DNA from: Malacoraja senta
Lineage: Eukaryota
Length of the DNA stretch: 64,000 bases
NCBI GenBank assembly: GCA_038087875.1
Contig: CM075997.1
Span: 1,180,001-1,244,000 of the forward strand
Reading direction: 5' to 3'
Shown: piece after piece, positions 51,495 through 64,000 of the stretch
How positions within the stretch are numbered: the first letter of the stretch is position 1
How the letters are laid out: every line of letters begins with the position of its first letter
Made by a program: the position numbers and the translations under genes
Notes under the pieces: model-generated
Database searches by the model: none
The model's input: the letters and a program-made list of their open reading frames with translations, nothing else
What the model was told of the DNA's origin: nothing

Positions 51495-53123
51495 CTTGTT
51501 ATGCTGCTGCAAGTAAGAATTTCATTGTTCCATTGTTGGGGACACATAGCAATTAAACATTCTTGACTCTATTCTATTTGCCTCAACCATGCCACGTTGC
51601 AGCAGTTCCTTTCCTATTCGTTCAAGGCCATGCAATTAATTGCCAGGGCTTCTGAGATTTTGTTGAGTATTAATCAACAGAAGTTGACCATCTTAGCCCA
51701 GATTAGCTTAGAATGCAATGTGTAAGAAGGAACTGCAGATGCTGGTTTAAACCGAAGAAAGACACAATATGCTGGAGTAACTCAGCGGGACAGGCAGCAT
51801 CTCTGGAGAGAAGGAATTGGTGACGTTTCGGGTCGTGACCCTTCAGTGTGAAGAAGGGTCACGACCGGAAACATCTCCTATTCCTTCTCTCCAGAGATGC
51901 TGCCTGTCCCGCTGAGTTACTCCAGCATTTGTGTCTATCTTTAGCTTAGAATGCAACTTGGTCGGCATGGACAAATTGGGCCGAAGGGCCTGTATCCATG
52001 CTGTATAGCTCTATGACCATTTTCTGCCTCTCTTTCCATTGCTATCAGCCACGCACCAGGTCACATTTCCATTATTTCCTAAACTCGATTGTAAACGATG
52101 GCTACTTTCATCGGGATATCAACAGAATGAAAAGGGCCAATATGTATTTGAACATGAGCAAAACATGAGCAGTTTCATAGGTTTGGATAGAATATGGTGT
52201 CTGGAGGGAACAGCCACGGAACTAAAAACAGAAAACGGTGTAAAAAATCATCAGGTCAAACAGCATCTGTGAGGGAGGAAATGGATGTGAGGCTCAGGTT
52301 GATGACCTCTATCAGAAATGAGGCAAGGTGGTTAAATGCAACCTGCCCCTGATTTAGTGAAACAAATTAAAATGCAGATAGTGAATTACTTGAAGCATTT
52401 TAGATGACACTTGGGTTCAATTATTTTATTTGTAGTAAAATTTGTATCAAATACTGCAATGGTGAATATTTGTACTTTCTAGGTGGATGTGCTATTACCA
52501 GTAATTATCCATAATTAGGGGCAGCACAGTGGTGCAGTGGTTGTTACCTTACAGCACTTGCAGATGCCGACTGCTGGTGCTGTCTGTACGGAGTTTGCAC
52601 GTTCTCCCCGTGACCGCGTGGGCTTTTCTCCGAGGTCTCCGGTTTCCTCCCACATTCCAAAGACGTACAGGTTTGTAGGTTAATTGGCTTAGTATAAATG
52701 TAAATTGTCCTTAGTGTGTGTAGGGTGGTGTTAGTGTGCGGGGATCGCTGGTCGGTACGGACTTGGTGGACCGAAGGTAGACACAAAATGCTGGAGTAAC
52801 TCAGCGGGTGAGGCAGCATCTATGGAGAGAAGGAATTGGCGACGTTTTGGGTCGAGACCCTTCTTCAGTCTCGACCCGAAACTTCACCAATTTTGTGTCT
52901 ACCTTCGATTTGACCAGCATCTGCAGTTTTTTCTTAAACATTTGGTGGACCAAAGGGCCTGTTTCTGCGCTATATCTCTAAACTAAACTAAAGTTTTTTG
53001 GTTCTTGGATTCAGTTACCTCGACATTGTCCCTTTGGCTACATTGGCTCTTTAAAGGCTGGGACCTATTTCAAAAGATTGTGGGAAACTATATAGCATGG
53101 AGAAAACTGTTGCCATTGCATTA

Positions 53124-53614
53124 AGGGCCTGTCCCACTTGGGCGACCTAATCCGCGAGTTCTGGCGAGTTTGCCCTCGACTCATACTCGCAGCATGGTCG
53201 ACACGAGGTTGTAGGAGGTCTTCGTAACTCTCCTTCATGCTCGAGAGTAGTCCCCGTGTACTCGAGGCCTCAGCTAGGTCGCGGCGTATATTTTTCAATA
53301 TGTTAAAAAATGCCCGCGAGTAAAAAAAGCCGCCATGGAAAAAATAGATACTTTTGTTACTTGTGGGTTTAGTCGTAGTAGGTCGTAGTAGGTCGGCATG
53401 TTAGTCGTAGGTAATTGAGGGTAGTCAAAGGTAGTCGTAGATAGTCTTCATCATAGTCGAAGGGAGGTCATCTTCACTCTCCACTATTCAGTGTCCAATT
53501 TTCCCGAAGTTAGTCGTAGCTAGTCTTCAACATAGTTGAAGGAGGTCTTCAACATGTCATTTTTTCAAACTCTTCTAAATTCGCCAATTAGGTCGCCCAA
53601 GTGGGACAGCCCCT
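53124..53614. mobile_element. PIF/Harbinger MITE
   Basis: TIR AGGG(C/G)CTGTCCCACTTGGGCGACCTAAT; TTA TSD. Confidence 0.85.
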
Positions 53615-54473
53615 TTATATTATAAAATGAAACAACTCTCGTGATCTGATTTAGCATTTGCCTTGAAGATAGACTCAAAAAGCTGGAGTAACTCAGCGGG
53701 TCTGGCAGCATCTCTGGAGAAAAGGAATAGGTGACGTTTCGCATTGGGACCCTTCCTCAGTCTGAGGGTCAGGCAACTTGGTCAGCATGGATGAGTTGGA
53801 CCAAAGGGCCTGTGTGACTCTATGACTATTGGAAATAGTATGAATGAATCACTGCATCACCAGGAAGAAGATCAACAATTATCCTGGAATCAAGGATGAG
53901 CATGTTAGGAACAGTGGTTTACACACCCATATTAGTCTTTTAAAGTCACAATTGCATTTGGAAGAGCAATTGAAGAGAGGGTTACTAGAAGGAATGCATT
54001 CACATTTGGACAATTTAATTTTAACCTTGGGGCAGGAAAGTTAATGTGTTAACTGGGATCTATCTTTGCCTCATACTTTTGGGAAGTAAACAATGGTGAT
54101 TTTATCCTGCATGACAAATGTTACCTCAGTTGTGAACTGATGTTAGACCTGGGGGTAGAGCCATACTCCCAAAGTCTGATGTCTCTTAAACTGGCCGGAG
54201 GCACTCGGAGTAGTAACTGAGCATAGATTTCCTCCTCCGTTGACCTTGTGAATGGTAAGTGCTGCCCTCCTTCTATTCAGCATGACAGCAGCCTGGAAAT
54301 TTATGGGGTTATTGCACAGGGTTTTCTAGACAGAAAGTCTGTTCCCATGCTGCTACCATCCAAAGGAACAAAACACAACCAGGAGACATCAGTGGGGTTG
54401 AAACCCCATTGTCATTTATAACCTTTAGAGGTATGCATCAATAAGATGGATGTCTTGCCTTTACTTTTGAAAG

Positions 54474-54750
54474 AGCTGCTGCCTTACAGCGAAGGCTGCG
54501 CCGGAGACCCGGGTTCAATCCCGTTTGCACGTTCTCCCCGTGACCTGCGTGGGTTTTCTCCGAGATCTTCGGTTTCCTCCCACACTCCAAAGACGTGCGG
54601 GTTTGTAGGTTAATTGGCTTGGTGTAAATGTAAAAATTGTCCCAAGTGGGTGTAGGATAGTGTTGATAGTGCGGAGATCGCTGGTTGGCGCGGAACCGGT
54701 GGGCCGAAGGGCCTGTTTCCGTGCTGTATCTCTAAACTAAACTAAAGTAA
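54474..54750 (+). mobile_element. tRNA-derived SINE
   Basis: Same family. Confidence 0.8.
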
Positions 54751-55656
54751 AAGGAAACGATAGGGCTCTGAGGTATCAAACCTCTCTATCTCCCCAGGAT
54801 CTATGATGTCTGGATGTAGTTATTAAGTAAGGCTACTTTAAATTAGTTTTGGGAATTGGAGCATCTAAAGGCACCAGAGCGATCAGTGAATAAATGATTA
54901 TATAGGAGATATCTGGAGTTCTAAGATGGAGCAGCAGCTTTCTCTATGAACTTTATATCCTGAGTTTAAATACATTTCTGCATCTCACATTCCTGACGTG
55001 AGAAATATTGTGGGTTGATAAATTCACTTATTTTGTGTTTTTAAATATTGCATTGGTAAATAAAAAAGGAAGCCTATGTTACACTCCTGTCTGAAGAAGA
55101 GTCCTGACACACCACCTGTCCATTGTTCCATAGTTGCTAAGTGCTGGAGTAACTCAGTGGGCCAGCACCTCTGGAGTACATAGATAGGTGACGTATCAGG
55201 ATCTGACCCGAAGTGTCACCCATCCATGTTCTCCAGAGATGCTGCCTCACCCGCTGAGTTACTCCAGCACTGTAAGAGTTAGCCTATGTTGTATATAGGT
55301 CTTGCTTAGTGGCATCCGATATTCAATTGTCTTCAGGGTGCAGGCGTGCCATTGCCTGCAACTTTCTTTTGGTCAAACTTTCTTCGGAGGTTTGGAATTA
55401 TATGGAACTTCATAGCACACAAACTACATGGCCCGCTGGTCTTCCCTGGAATTCATGATTCACAGGAGCCTTTGCTTACCCTACCTGTCTAATCTCATTA
55501 GCGTGCCCGTCTATTCCTTTCTTTCTCGTTTAGTTTAGAGATACAGTGGGGAAACGGGTCCTTCGGCCCTCCGAGATGGGTGACATCCCGCGCTGACCAG
55601 CGATCCCCATACACCAGCACTGTCCTGCACGCACTGGGGGCAATTTACAATTTTCA

Positions 55657-55793
55657 CTTCTTCTTCTTGCGTGTGGCGTGCACAGCCTAAAGTTGTAGGT
55701 CAACTTGTTCTACTTGACCTTGTTTGTGCACGGCGGGTTGATTGCATTTGTCGAAACAGGGCGGACCACGTGAAGGTTGCAATCTCCCACCCC
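55657..55793 (-). mobile_element. Ribozyme-headed SINE copy inserted in a tRNA SINE
   Basis: Same family; near-perfect TSD CAATTTTCACT / CAATTTTTACT. Confidence 0.85.
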
Positions 55794-56517
55794 TCAATTT
55801 TTACTGAAGCCAATTAACCTATAAACCTGTGCTTCTTTGGAGTGTGGGAGGAAACCGGATCACCCGGGGAAAACCCACACGGTCACGGGGAGAACGTACA
55901 AACACTATACAGATAGTACCCGTAATCAGAATTGAACCCGGGGTGTCTGGCACTGTGAGGCAGCAACTCTACTGCTGCGCCACCATGCCGCACAAGTTTA
56001 TTCTGCTTTTCCTCAAATCTATCTCTGCTATTTGTAGTCACAACTCAGAGAGGAAATTTCTCCTAAATTGTTTGTTTGATCATTGTATACCAGAGAGTCA
56101 GTGTCAGATTTTATTTGCCAATGCTTCTATGAACAGCCACAGGGTGCCCTGCAATGCTAAATATGTTCTCTCCTATTTTGGTCCCTGGTTTTGGACTGCC
56201 TCAGAGGAAACTACATCTCTGCATCTATTCTGCTGGAACCTTTAATAATTTTCATTCCAATTCCACCCCAGAGTATGGTTCAGTTGCCTCGTAGCAATTT
56301 GAACAACTGATGGTTAAACATTAAACCCATCATTAAGATGTTTTATGCAATCATTTATAGGGCTGTATTTAATTAAATGTGTCGCCGCTGATGGATTTTG
56401 GAAAATTTATTAAGAAAGTGGAACAATATTTTCAAACTGTTACTGTTTTCCAACAGTGTTGCTGCCTCACAGCGCCAGAGGCCCGGGTTCAATCCTAACT
56501 ACGGCTGCTGTCTATAT

Positions 56518-56912
56518 CAAAGAACCTATAGCGGAGCAAGATAGACCACTCCTGCTAAATGCAATGGGCTGATGTGTAGTACGCAACAGAGCGGAACGTG
56601 GGCCTTTTTTTCATCCATTTCCGTAACCTGACCCGACCCGACTCGCAGTGTAATCAACGTTGCGGGGGAACAGTTTGTGTTAATAAATTAAAATTCTGAA
56701 AATGAGGAGAAGATTTTTACCAAATAACTTTTATTTTTACGAGTATTTTTCCGTAACCGGCTTCCGTCTCCACACTAGTATCCTATGGGATCTTTGGTGC
56801 GGAGACGGAAGTCGGTTACGGAAATGGGTCCTTAAATTGCCCATGAATCTGCCCATGACCGTACTACGTCTTTTTCGTCGAGTGGACTATCTTGCTCGCT
56901 ATAGGATCTTTG
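56518..56912. mobile_element. P-like MITE copy, inserted in a tRNA SINE
   Basis: Same TIRs in opposite orientation; TSD GTCTATAT at 56510-56517 / 56913-56920. Confidence 0.85.
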
Positions 56913-57134
56913 GTCTATATAGAGTTTGTACGTTCTCCTCGTGACCACTTGGGTTTCCTCCGGGTGCTCCAGTTTCCTCCCGCATCCCAAAGACGTGCAG
57001 GTTTGTAGGCTAATTGGCTTCTGTAAATTGTCCCTGGTGTGCAGGATAGAACTAGTGTACGGGTGATCATTGGTTGGTGCAGACTCGGTGGGCCGAAGGG
57101 TGCGTTTCCGCGCTGTATCTCGAAACTAAACTAA

Positions 57135-57666
57135 AGGGGCTGTCCCACTGCGGCGACCTAATTGGCGAGTTTAGAAGAGTTTGAAGAAATGTCATGTTCG
57201 ACAATGTAGAAGACCTCTTTCGACCTCCTTCGACTATGTTGAAGACCAGCTTCGACTAGCTAAGGGAAAATTGGACACCGAATAGTGGAGAGTGAAGACG
57301 ACCTCCTTCGATCTCCTTCGACCTCCCTTCGACTATGTTGAAGACTATCTACGACTTCCTTCGACTACCCTCGATTACCTACGAATAACATGCCAACCTA
57401 CTATGACCTATTTCGACTAAACCTACGAGTGAAAAGAGTATTGATTTTTTCCATGGCGACCTTTTTTTACTCGCGGGCATTTTTAACATGTTGAAAAATA
57501 CGCCGCGACCTAGCTGAGGCCTCGAGTACGCGGGGACTACTTTCGAGCATGAAGGAGAGTTACAAAGACCTCCTAGGACCTCGTGTCGACTATGCTGCGA
57601 GTATGAGTCGAGGGCAAACGCAGGGTCTGAACTCGCGGATTAGGTCGCTGCAGTGGGACAGCCCCT
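57135..57666. mobile_element. PIF/Harbinger MITE, same family as 53124, opposite orientation
   Basis: TIR AGGGGCTGTCCCACTGC; TAA TSD. Confidence 0.85.
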
Positions 57667-58334
57667 TAATCCTGGCTGCTGTGTCTCTGTCTGCAGAGAG
57701 TAGCGACTGCAGGCAAAGCATCTAGGAGTCAACAAAGTGTTCAAGTTGCCTGAAGACAGACACAAAATGCTGTAGTAACTCAGCGGGACAGGCAGCATCT
57801 CTGGAGAGAAGGAATGGGCGACGTTTCAGGTCGAGAGCCTTCTTTAGTGAGGGTTGTGGAATTTCACTGGGTGCAGAGTTTCTGCTCCTCTCATATTCCT
57901 CCTCAACAAACCGGCAAACATTTTGCGTGGATAATCACTCGCTGTCAACTGCCCGCGGAGCATCATGCCCACGCAATTCATACTCCTCTTAGGCTGGAGG
58001 ATGTGAAGGCAGCTGGGGCAGGCTGTTAGCTCATCTAACTTGAAGATCGACACAAGAGGCTGGAGCAACTCAGCTGGACAGGCAGCATCTCTGGATGGAA
58101 GGAATGGGCGCCGTTTCGGGTCGAGACCCTTCTTCAGAGAACTTGGGCCTCTGGCGCTGTGAGTCAACCGCTGGGCCTCCCTGCCACCCTTGTGTAATCC
58201 TGTGTAATTGTTGGATCTTGATGCCTATAAATGACAAGCACAGCGAACTGCCAGCTCTTTGCTATAATTGACAGGGATATTTCTGGAAAACATGCCTGTT
58301 TCTTTCCAATGGTACTTTGGTGAAATGTTCCAAA

Positions 58335-58850
58335 TTTTAAAACTGAGATGAGGAAGAACTTCTTCACCCAGAGGGTGGTTAATTTATGGAATTCACTGCC
58401 CCAGGGAGCAGTGGAAGCAGAAACATTAAATATATTTAAATCTAAAATAGATGGTTTTTTAGCTGCCAAGGGGATAAGGGGCTACGGGGAGAGGGCAGGG
58501 ATGTGGACCTAGGTATGGTTAGTATAGTAAGACCTGAGTGATCTCCTGGACAAGTGTCGATCGCCTGGATTGGGGTCGGAGAGGAATTTCCCGGATTTTT
58601 TTCCCGAATTGGACCTGGGTTTTTATCCGGTTTTTTGCCTCCCCCAGGAGATCACGCGGTTCTTGGGGTGGAGAGGGGTGATAGCGATATAAAGGGGAGG
58701 GTAGTGTCTTGTGTTCTGTGTCTTGTGTCTACTGTTTGTGGGTAAGGGTGTCTGTTTAGTGTTCAGCCATGAGCGAATGGCGGTGCGGGCTCGATGGGCC
58801 TGGTGGTCTACTCTCGCACCTACTTTCTATGTTTCTATGTTTCTATGTTT
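58335..58850 (+). mobile_element. CR1 LINE 3' end with extended 3' UTR
   Basis: [14 protein letters not shown] remnant, (CTATGTTT)n tail; near-identical inverted copy at 62930-63350. Confidence 0.82.
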
Positions 58851-61294
58851 CCAACCCAACTCCCCCTCCAGGCCCACCACAAAGAAAGAAAATTAAAGAG
58901 CTCAAAAGATACAAGGAACTGCAGATGCTGGTTTATTAAAAATAGACACAAAGTGCTGGAGCAATTCAGTGGGTCAGGCAGCATTTATGGAGAACCTGGA
59001 TAGGTGATATTTCGGGTTGTTGAGTTTAGTTTATTGTCATGTGTACCGAGGTACAGCGAAAAGCTTTTGTTGCACGCTAGTCAGGTCGGGGGGAGTTCCC
59101 CCCGCCACGGGTACCATGTAATCCCGTGCTACCTGCTCCATGGTCGTATAGTCAGCGAATAAACTGTCTCCCCCACCTGGTTTACCAGGTGAGGAGGGGG
59201 CTGTGGACCCCCAGCAGGACCAAAAACAAGACCTGTCAAAGGGCGGATGAGCTTCTAGGGAGCCAATGGCCATCCACACTTCAGTAGAAGTTGCGATCAC
59301 TGTCGTACATAACATTGTAAGGCACCGAGCCCGTTGACGATGATGATAATAACCTGTCAGTAGAATGACAATCCAGGATTACAATCGAGCCATCCCAGTG
59401 TACAGATACGTGACAAGGGGAATAACATCTAGTGCAAGGTAAAGTCTGATCAAGGATAGTCCGAGGGTCTCCAGTGAGGTTCATAGGTAGATAGACACAA
59501 AACGCTGGAGTAACTCAGCGGGTCAGACAGCATCTCTGGAGAGAAGGGAATAGGTGACATTTTGGGTCGAGACCCTTCGTCAGATGAAGAAAGGTCACGA
59601 CCCGAAGCATCATCGATTCCTTTTCTCCAGAGATGCTGTCTGACCCGCAGAGTTCCTCCAGCTTTTGGTGTCTATCTTCGGTTTAAACCAGCATCTGCAG
59701 TTCCTTCCCACACAGGTTGATAGGGAGGTCCGATTGGTCCGATTATAGAAACATAGAAACATAGAAAATAGGTGCAGGAGGAGGCCCTTCGAGCCAGCAC
59801 CGCCATTCATTGTGATCATGGCTGATCGTCCCCTATCAATAACCCGTGCCTGCCTTCTCCCAAATATCCCTTGATTGTGATAAGAAATTTGAAAATAAGT
59901 GTGCAATTTTCTCTTGGCATTTGTCCGCAGTGACGTGTGGAGCACAATTGCCAGTGTTTTGTTTCCAGTGCCAGTCTTGTCCAACTTGTTTAAGTACGCG
60001 GTGTGTTCGAAGGGACAGCGTAAGGGACTGTAAGTGCTGTCTATTTGCTCGATGCGTTCTGTTTGAAGTGTGACACAGAGAGAGAGAGAGAGAGCAGTTC
60101 CCGTGGGGATTCGGAGAAAAAGCACCAGCAGCACTACTTATTTTAAGCCGTTTTCCTCCATCCAGCTGAAGCCAGTTGGCAGCATCAGTGGAATACTTGA
60201 ACTCTGCATTTATCTGGGCTCCACCAGACCTGGATGGAAATCCAAAGAGTGCAAGGAGTTAGCTGAAGGTAGATAAAAATGCTGGAGAAACTCAGCGGGG
60301 GAGGCAGCATCTATGGATCGAAGGGTCTCGACCCGAAACGTCACCTATTCCTTCGCTCCATGGATGCTGCCTCACCCGCTGAGTTTCTCCAGCATTTTTT
60401 ATCTACCTTCGATTTTTCCAGCATCTGCAGTTCCTTCTTAAACAAGGATGTAGCTGAAATATTTTAAGTAACAGTTCTATCCTAGTTTTTAAAAGGCCTG
60501 ATAATTTTTTTTTGTTACTCCTGTAGACACTAAATATTTGCAATCTGTTCTGCTAGTATGGATTATGGATACAGCCTGCAGCTTAGCAGGAAACTTCATC
60601 TCAGGTTACCCAAGCTGCTGTTTGTAGCCACACAGCTTTACCCTGGGGAAAAGCATTACTCGCAGTGTCACTGTATATTTGATCAATTAGTGGCAACTGG
60701 GACTGACTGGCTTGCTGTGCAATTCCCCAGAATACTTTAGACCATACAGGATCCAATGAATAGGTTGAGTTATTTGGACATTCACGCTGCTTTCTACCGG
60801 AACCATAATACAAATGGGATTGAAATAACGACCAGAGACAAACTCTGTTAGAAAGATGGAGGACTTGCATGTCTTAGTTTGGAGATACAGGTCCTTCAGC
60901 CCACCGAGTCCGCGCCGACCAGCGATTTCTGTTACACTAGCACGCACTACCATTACAATTCTTACCTCAGCCAAATAACCTACAAATCTGTACGAGTGTG
61001 GGAGGAAACCAGAACACCCACGCAGTCACGAGGGGAACGTACAAACTCCGTACAGACAGCGCTCTAGTGCCCTTAAGGTATCTTTGCAACCTTTCAATTC
61101 GTTCCTGATATGTTTTACCATCAAATGAAGCAACCAAAATAATATTCAGCAGTACGTCGAATTGGGGTCTAAACAGACCATCCACAAAAATATACTAGTG
61201 TTGTTAATCTTCAGCATGTACAATAATCCTAATTCCATGTGGCTGCCCTTTTCCAATTCTCTCTATCCCCATTTCCATCAATCAGTAGTCTGAC

Positions 61295-61346
61295 GGGGTG
61301 AAGGAAAGAGCGTTCACGTCGCGGCCCTGTTTCCACCAATCTTTCC
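61295..61346 (+). ncRNA. Second HDV-like ribozyme motif (possibly degenerate P1)
   Basis: P2 GGAAAGA/UCUUUCC, P3 GCG/CGC, L3 UUCACGU, P1 GGGGU/GCCCU, J4/2 CCAA; followed by a short AAGAAG tail. Confidence 0.6.
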
Positions 61347-62419
61347 ACCACCACGCACAAGAAGCCATTGTATGCAGATGCCGAGAAGTGTCTTCAGCTC
61401 TGGCTGAGCAAATTCTAATCTTGTGATGTGGACTCGATAAGAAGAAGCAGTCTGACATGTTCTTAAATGTTGACCTAATCTCGGCTTTAATCATTAACTC
61501 CGGTGTTGCATGCCACAGCCCTTAAACCAACCTTCAATTTGTACAAGAGCATTTTCTCCTGCTTTGAGCTCCCAATCTTATTGCTCTTGGTTTTATATCC
61601 AAGTCTCTCCCGTTCACTATACGCTCGGTATCTTTCTTAGTTTAGTTTAGTTTATTGTCACGTGTACCGAGGTACAGTGAAAAGCTTTTGTTGCGTGCTA
61701 ACCTGTCAGCAGAAAGACAATACATGATTACAATCGAGCCATTTACAGCGTATAGATACATGATAAGGGAATAACTGTTTCATGCAAGGTGAAGCCAGCA
61801 AAGTCCGATCAAGATAGACACAAAAAGCTGGAGTAATTCAGCAGGACAGTCAGCATCTCTGGAGAGAAGGAATGGGTGATGTTTTGGATCCTTCATCAGT
61901 ATGTTGGCTGACAGACTCTAGAGAACAGCCAATTCTTTGTATAGCATCCAGAATCATTTATGAAACGTAAATAGTGTTATGTCACATCTTAATAGTGGTA
62001 CGTACACTGATCTGAAGTCTCTTCACTGTTGGAGAGTGAACACACAACTATCCAACTGGAGCTTAATTGCTTCTGAGGATTCGCCAGGTCATTGTTTGCT
62101 TTTCACCTAAACTTGGTTGAAGCGGCCTTCATTTGGATCTAATCACAACCCTCCAAATGTGTGGGAAGGAACTGCAGATGCTGGTTTACACCGAAGATAG
62201 ACACGGGTTTCTGCAATGAATCGCTTGAGTGCAGCAAATATTCCATTGCTAAATGCGAGCCATACACTGGACCACAAGGTAACATCGAGATGATGAAAGA
62301 CTAGTTTAGTTTAGAGATACAGCGTGGAAACAGGCCCCTCGGCCCACCGAGTCCGCACCGACCAGCGATCCCTGATCATTAACGCACACAGTAGGGACAA
62401 TTTACACTTATACCAAGCA

Positions 62420-62898
62420 ACATTGAGCGCCCTGGAGCGGAAAAGACTCCAAAAAGTAGTAAACACTGCCCAGTCCATCATCGGTTCTGACCTCCCTACC
62501 ATCGAGGGGATCTATCGCAGTCGCTGCCTCAAAAAGGCTGGCAGCATCATCAAGGACCCACACCATCCTGGCCACTCACTCATCTCCCAGCTACCTTCAG
62601 GTAGAAGGTACAGGAGCCTAAAGACTGCAACAACCAGGTTCAGGAATAGCTACTTCCCAACAGCCATCAGGCTATTAAACTTGGCTCGGACAAACTCTGA
62701 ACATTAATAGCCCATTATCTGTTTATTTGCACTTTATCAGTTTATTTATTCATGTGTGTATATATTAACATAATGGTATATGGACACACTGATCTGTTCT
62801 GTATTCATGCCTACTATATTCTGTTGTGTTGCAGCAAAGCAAGAATTTCATTGTCCTATCAGGGACACATGACAATAAACTCTCTTGAATCTTGAATC
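62420..62898 (+). mobile_element. Rex1/Babar-type 3' fragment
   Basis: LQKVVNTAQSIIG...LPSGRRYRSLK..TTRFRNSYFP; AATAAA plus (CTTGAA)n tail. Confidence 0.85.
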
Positions 62899-62929
62899 AA
62901 TTAACCTACAAACCTGTATGTCTTTGGAA

Positions 62930-63350
62930 TAGAAACATAGAAACATAGAAAGTAGGTGCGAGAGTAGACCACCAGGCCCATCGAGCCCGCACCGCCATTC
63001 GCTCATGGCTGAACACTAAACAGACACCCTTACCCACAAACAGTAGACACAAGACACAGAACACAAGACACTACCCTCCCCTTTATACCGCTATCACCCC
63101 TCTCCACCCCAAGAACCGCGTGATCTCCTGGGGGAGGCAAAAAACCGGATAAAAACCCAGGTCCAATTCGGGAAAAAAAATCCGGGAAATTCCTCTCCGA
63201 CCCCAATCCAGGCGATCGACACTTGTCCAGGAGATCACTCAGGTCTTACTATACTAACCATACCTAGGTCCATATCCCTGCCTTCTCCCCGTAGCCCCTT
63301 ATCCCCTTGGCAGCTAAAAAAACATCTATTTTAGACTTAAATATATTAAA
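62930..63350 (-). mobile_element. CR1 LINE 3' end, same subfamily as the 58335 copy, inserted in a SINE
   Basis: Reverse complement of ~58430-58850. Confidence 0.82.
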
Positions 63351-64000
63351 TATATTTGGGAGGAAACCGAAGATCTCGGAGAAAAAACACGCAGATCACG
63401 GAGAAAACGTTAAACTCCGTACAGACAGTACCCGTAATCGGGATTGAAGTCGGGTGTCTGGCGCTGCAAGCGCTGTAATGCAGCAACTCTGCCGCTGCGC
63501 CACTGTGCCACCCGTAAACTAGCTCAATTGTTTGCAAAATGAGTGGGTTGGGAAATTAATGACTTGTGCTAAGTCCTCGTCTCTCTTCACATTCTGCCCG
63601 AAGGTGATCGTCAACCATCTCGAACCAGTATTTTCAGCTTAGTGGAGTCTTTTGCCTATTGAACCAAAAAGCTTTGAACTCAAAAATCCCTTCAGCACTT
63701 GACGCCCGAGCTAATTGTGATAACGAGGTAGTTTTGCATTGTCAGTCACGCTATCTTGTGAGTGAAATGTGAAGACCAACGACTGTTTAATATAGATGGT
63801 GTTATATGATGACCAGGAGCCTTCACCTGCACTGGGTCACCATTTCCTGCACTGGGACACCGTTCTCTGGATGCTTTCAAGACAGAGCTAGATAGGGCTC
63901 TTAAACATAGCGGAGTCAGGGGATATGGGGAGAAGGCAGGAACGGGGTACTGATTGGGGATGATCAGCCATGATCACATTGAATGGCGGTGCTGGCTCAA

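Noticed and set aside
53340..53560. Regularly recurring GTAGTCG / TTCGAC motifs, superficially array-like (also 57200-57430)
   Set aside because: Internal subrepeats of Harbinger MITEs; no repeat-spacer structure, and the context is eukaryotic, so not CRISPR
59931..60029. Plus-strand exon-like segment with good acceptor and GTAAG donors
   Set aside because: Isolated, no recognisable peptide, no partner exons found

Overview
Vertebrate genomic DNA. The repeat families (CR1/HER1-type LINE tails, HE1/V-SINE-type tRNA SINEs, Penelope-like elements) suggest a cartilaginous fish such as a skate or ray; this is inferred. Positions 1-30.9 kb carry most of a + strand classical calpain large-subunit gene (calpain-12-like, paralogue tentative). 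17 exons could be traced with consistent phases through CysPc, CBSW and the penta-EF-hand domain, plus two alternative candidate last exons (WLQMAMSN* and WLQMTMYS*), one GC-AG intron and one U12-type intron. The rest is repeat-dense, with a 200-N gap at 35346-35545 and no confidently identified second gene. The most notable non-coding signal is a ~140-bp TSD-flanked SINE-like family (4 copies). Its 5' end folds as a minimal HDV-like ribozyme with the CPEB3-type L3 loop (UUCACGU). A second, sequence-distinct HDV-like motif lies at 61295. Also present: palindromic Penelope-derived elements with hammerhead-like cores, and P-like, PIF/Harbinger and hAT MITEs.
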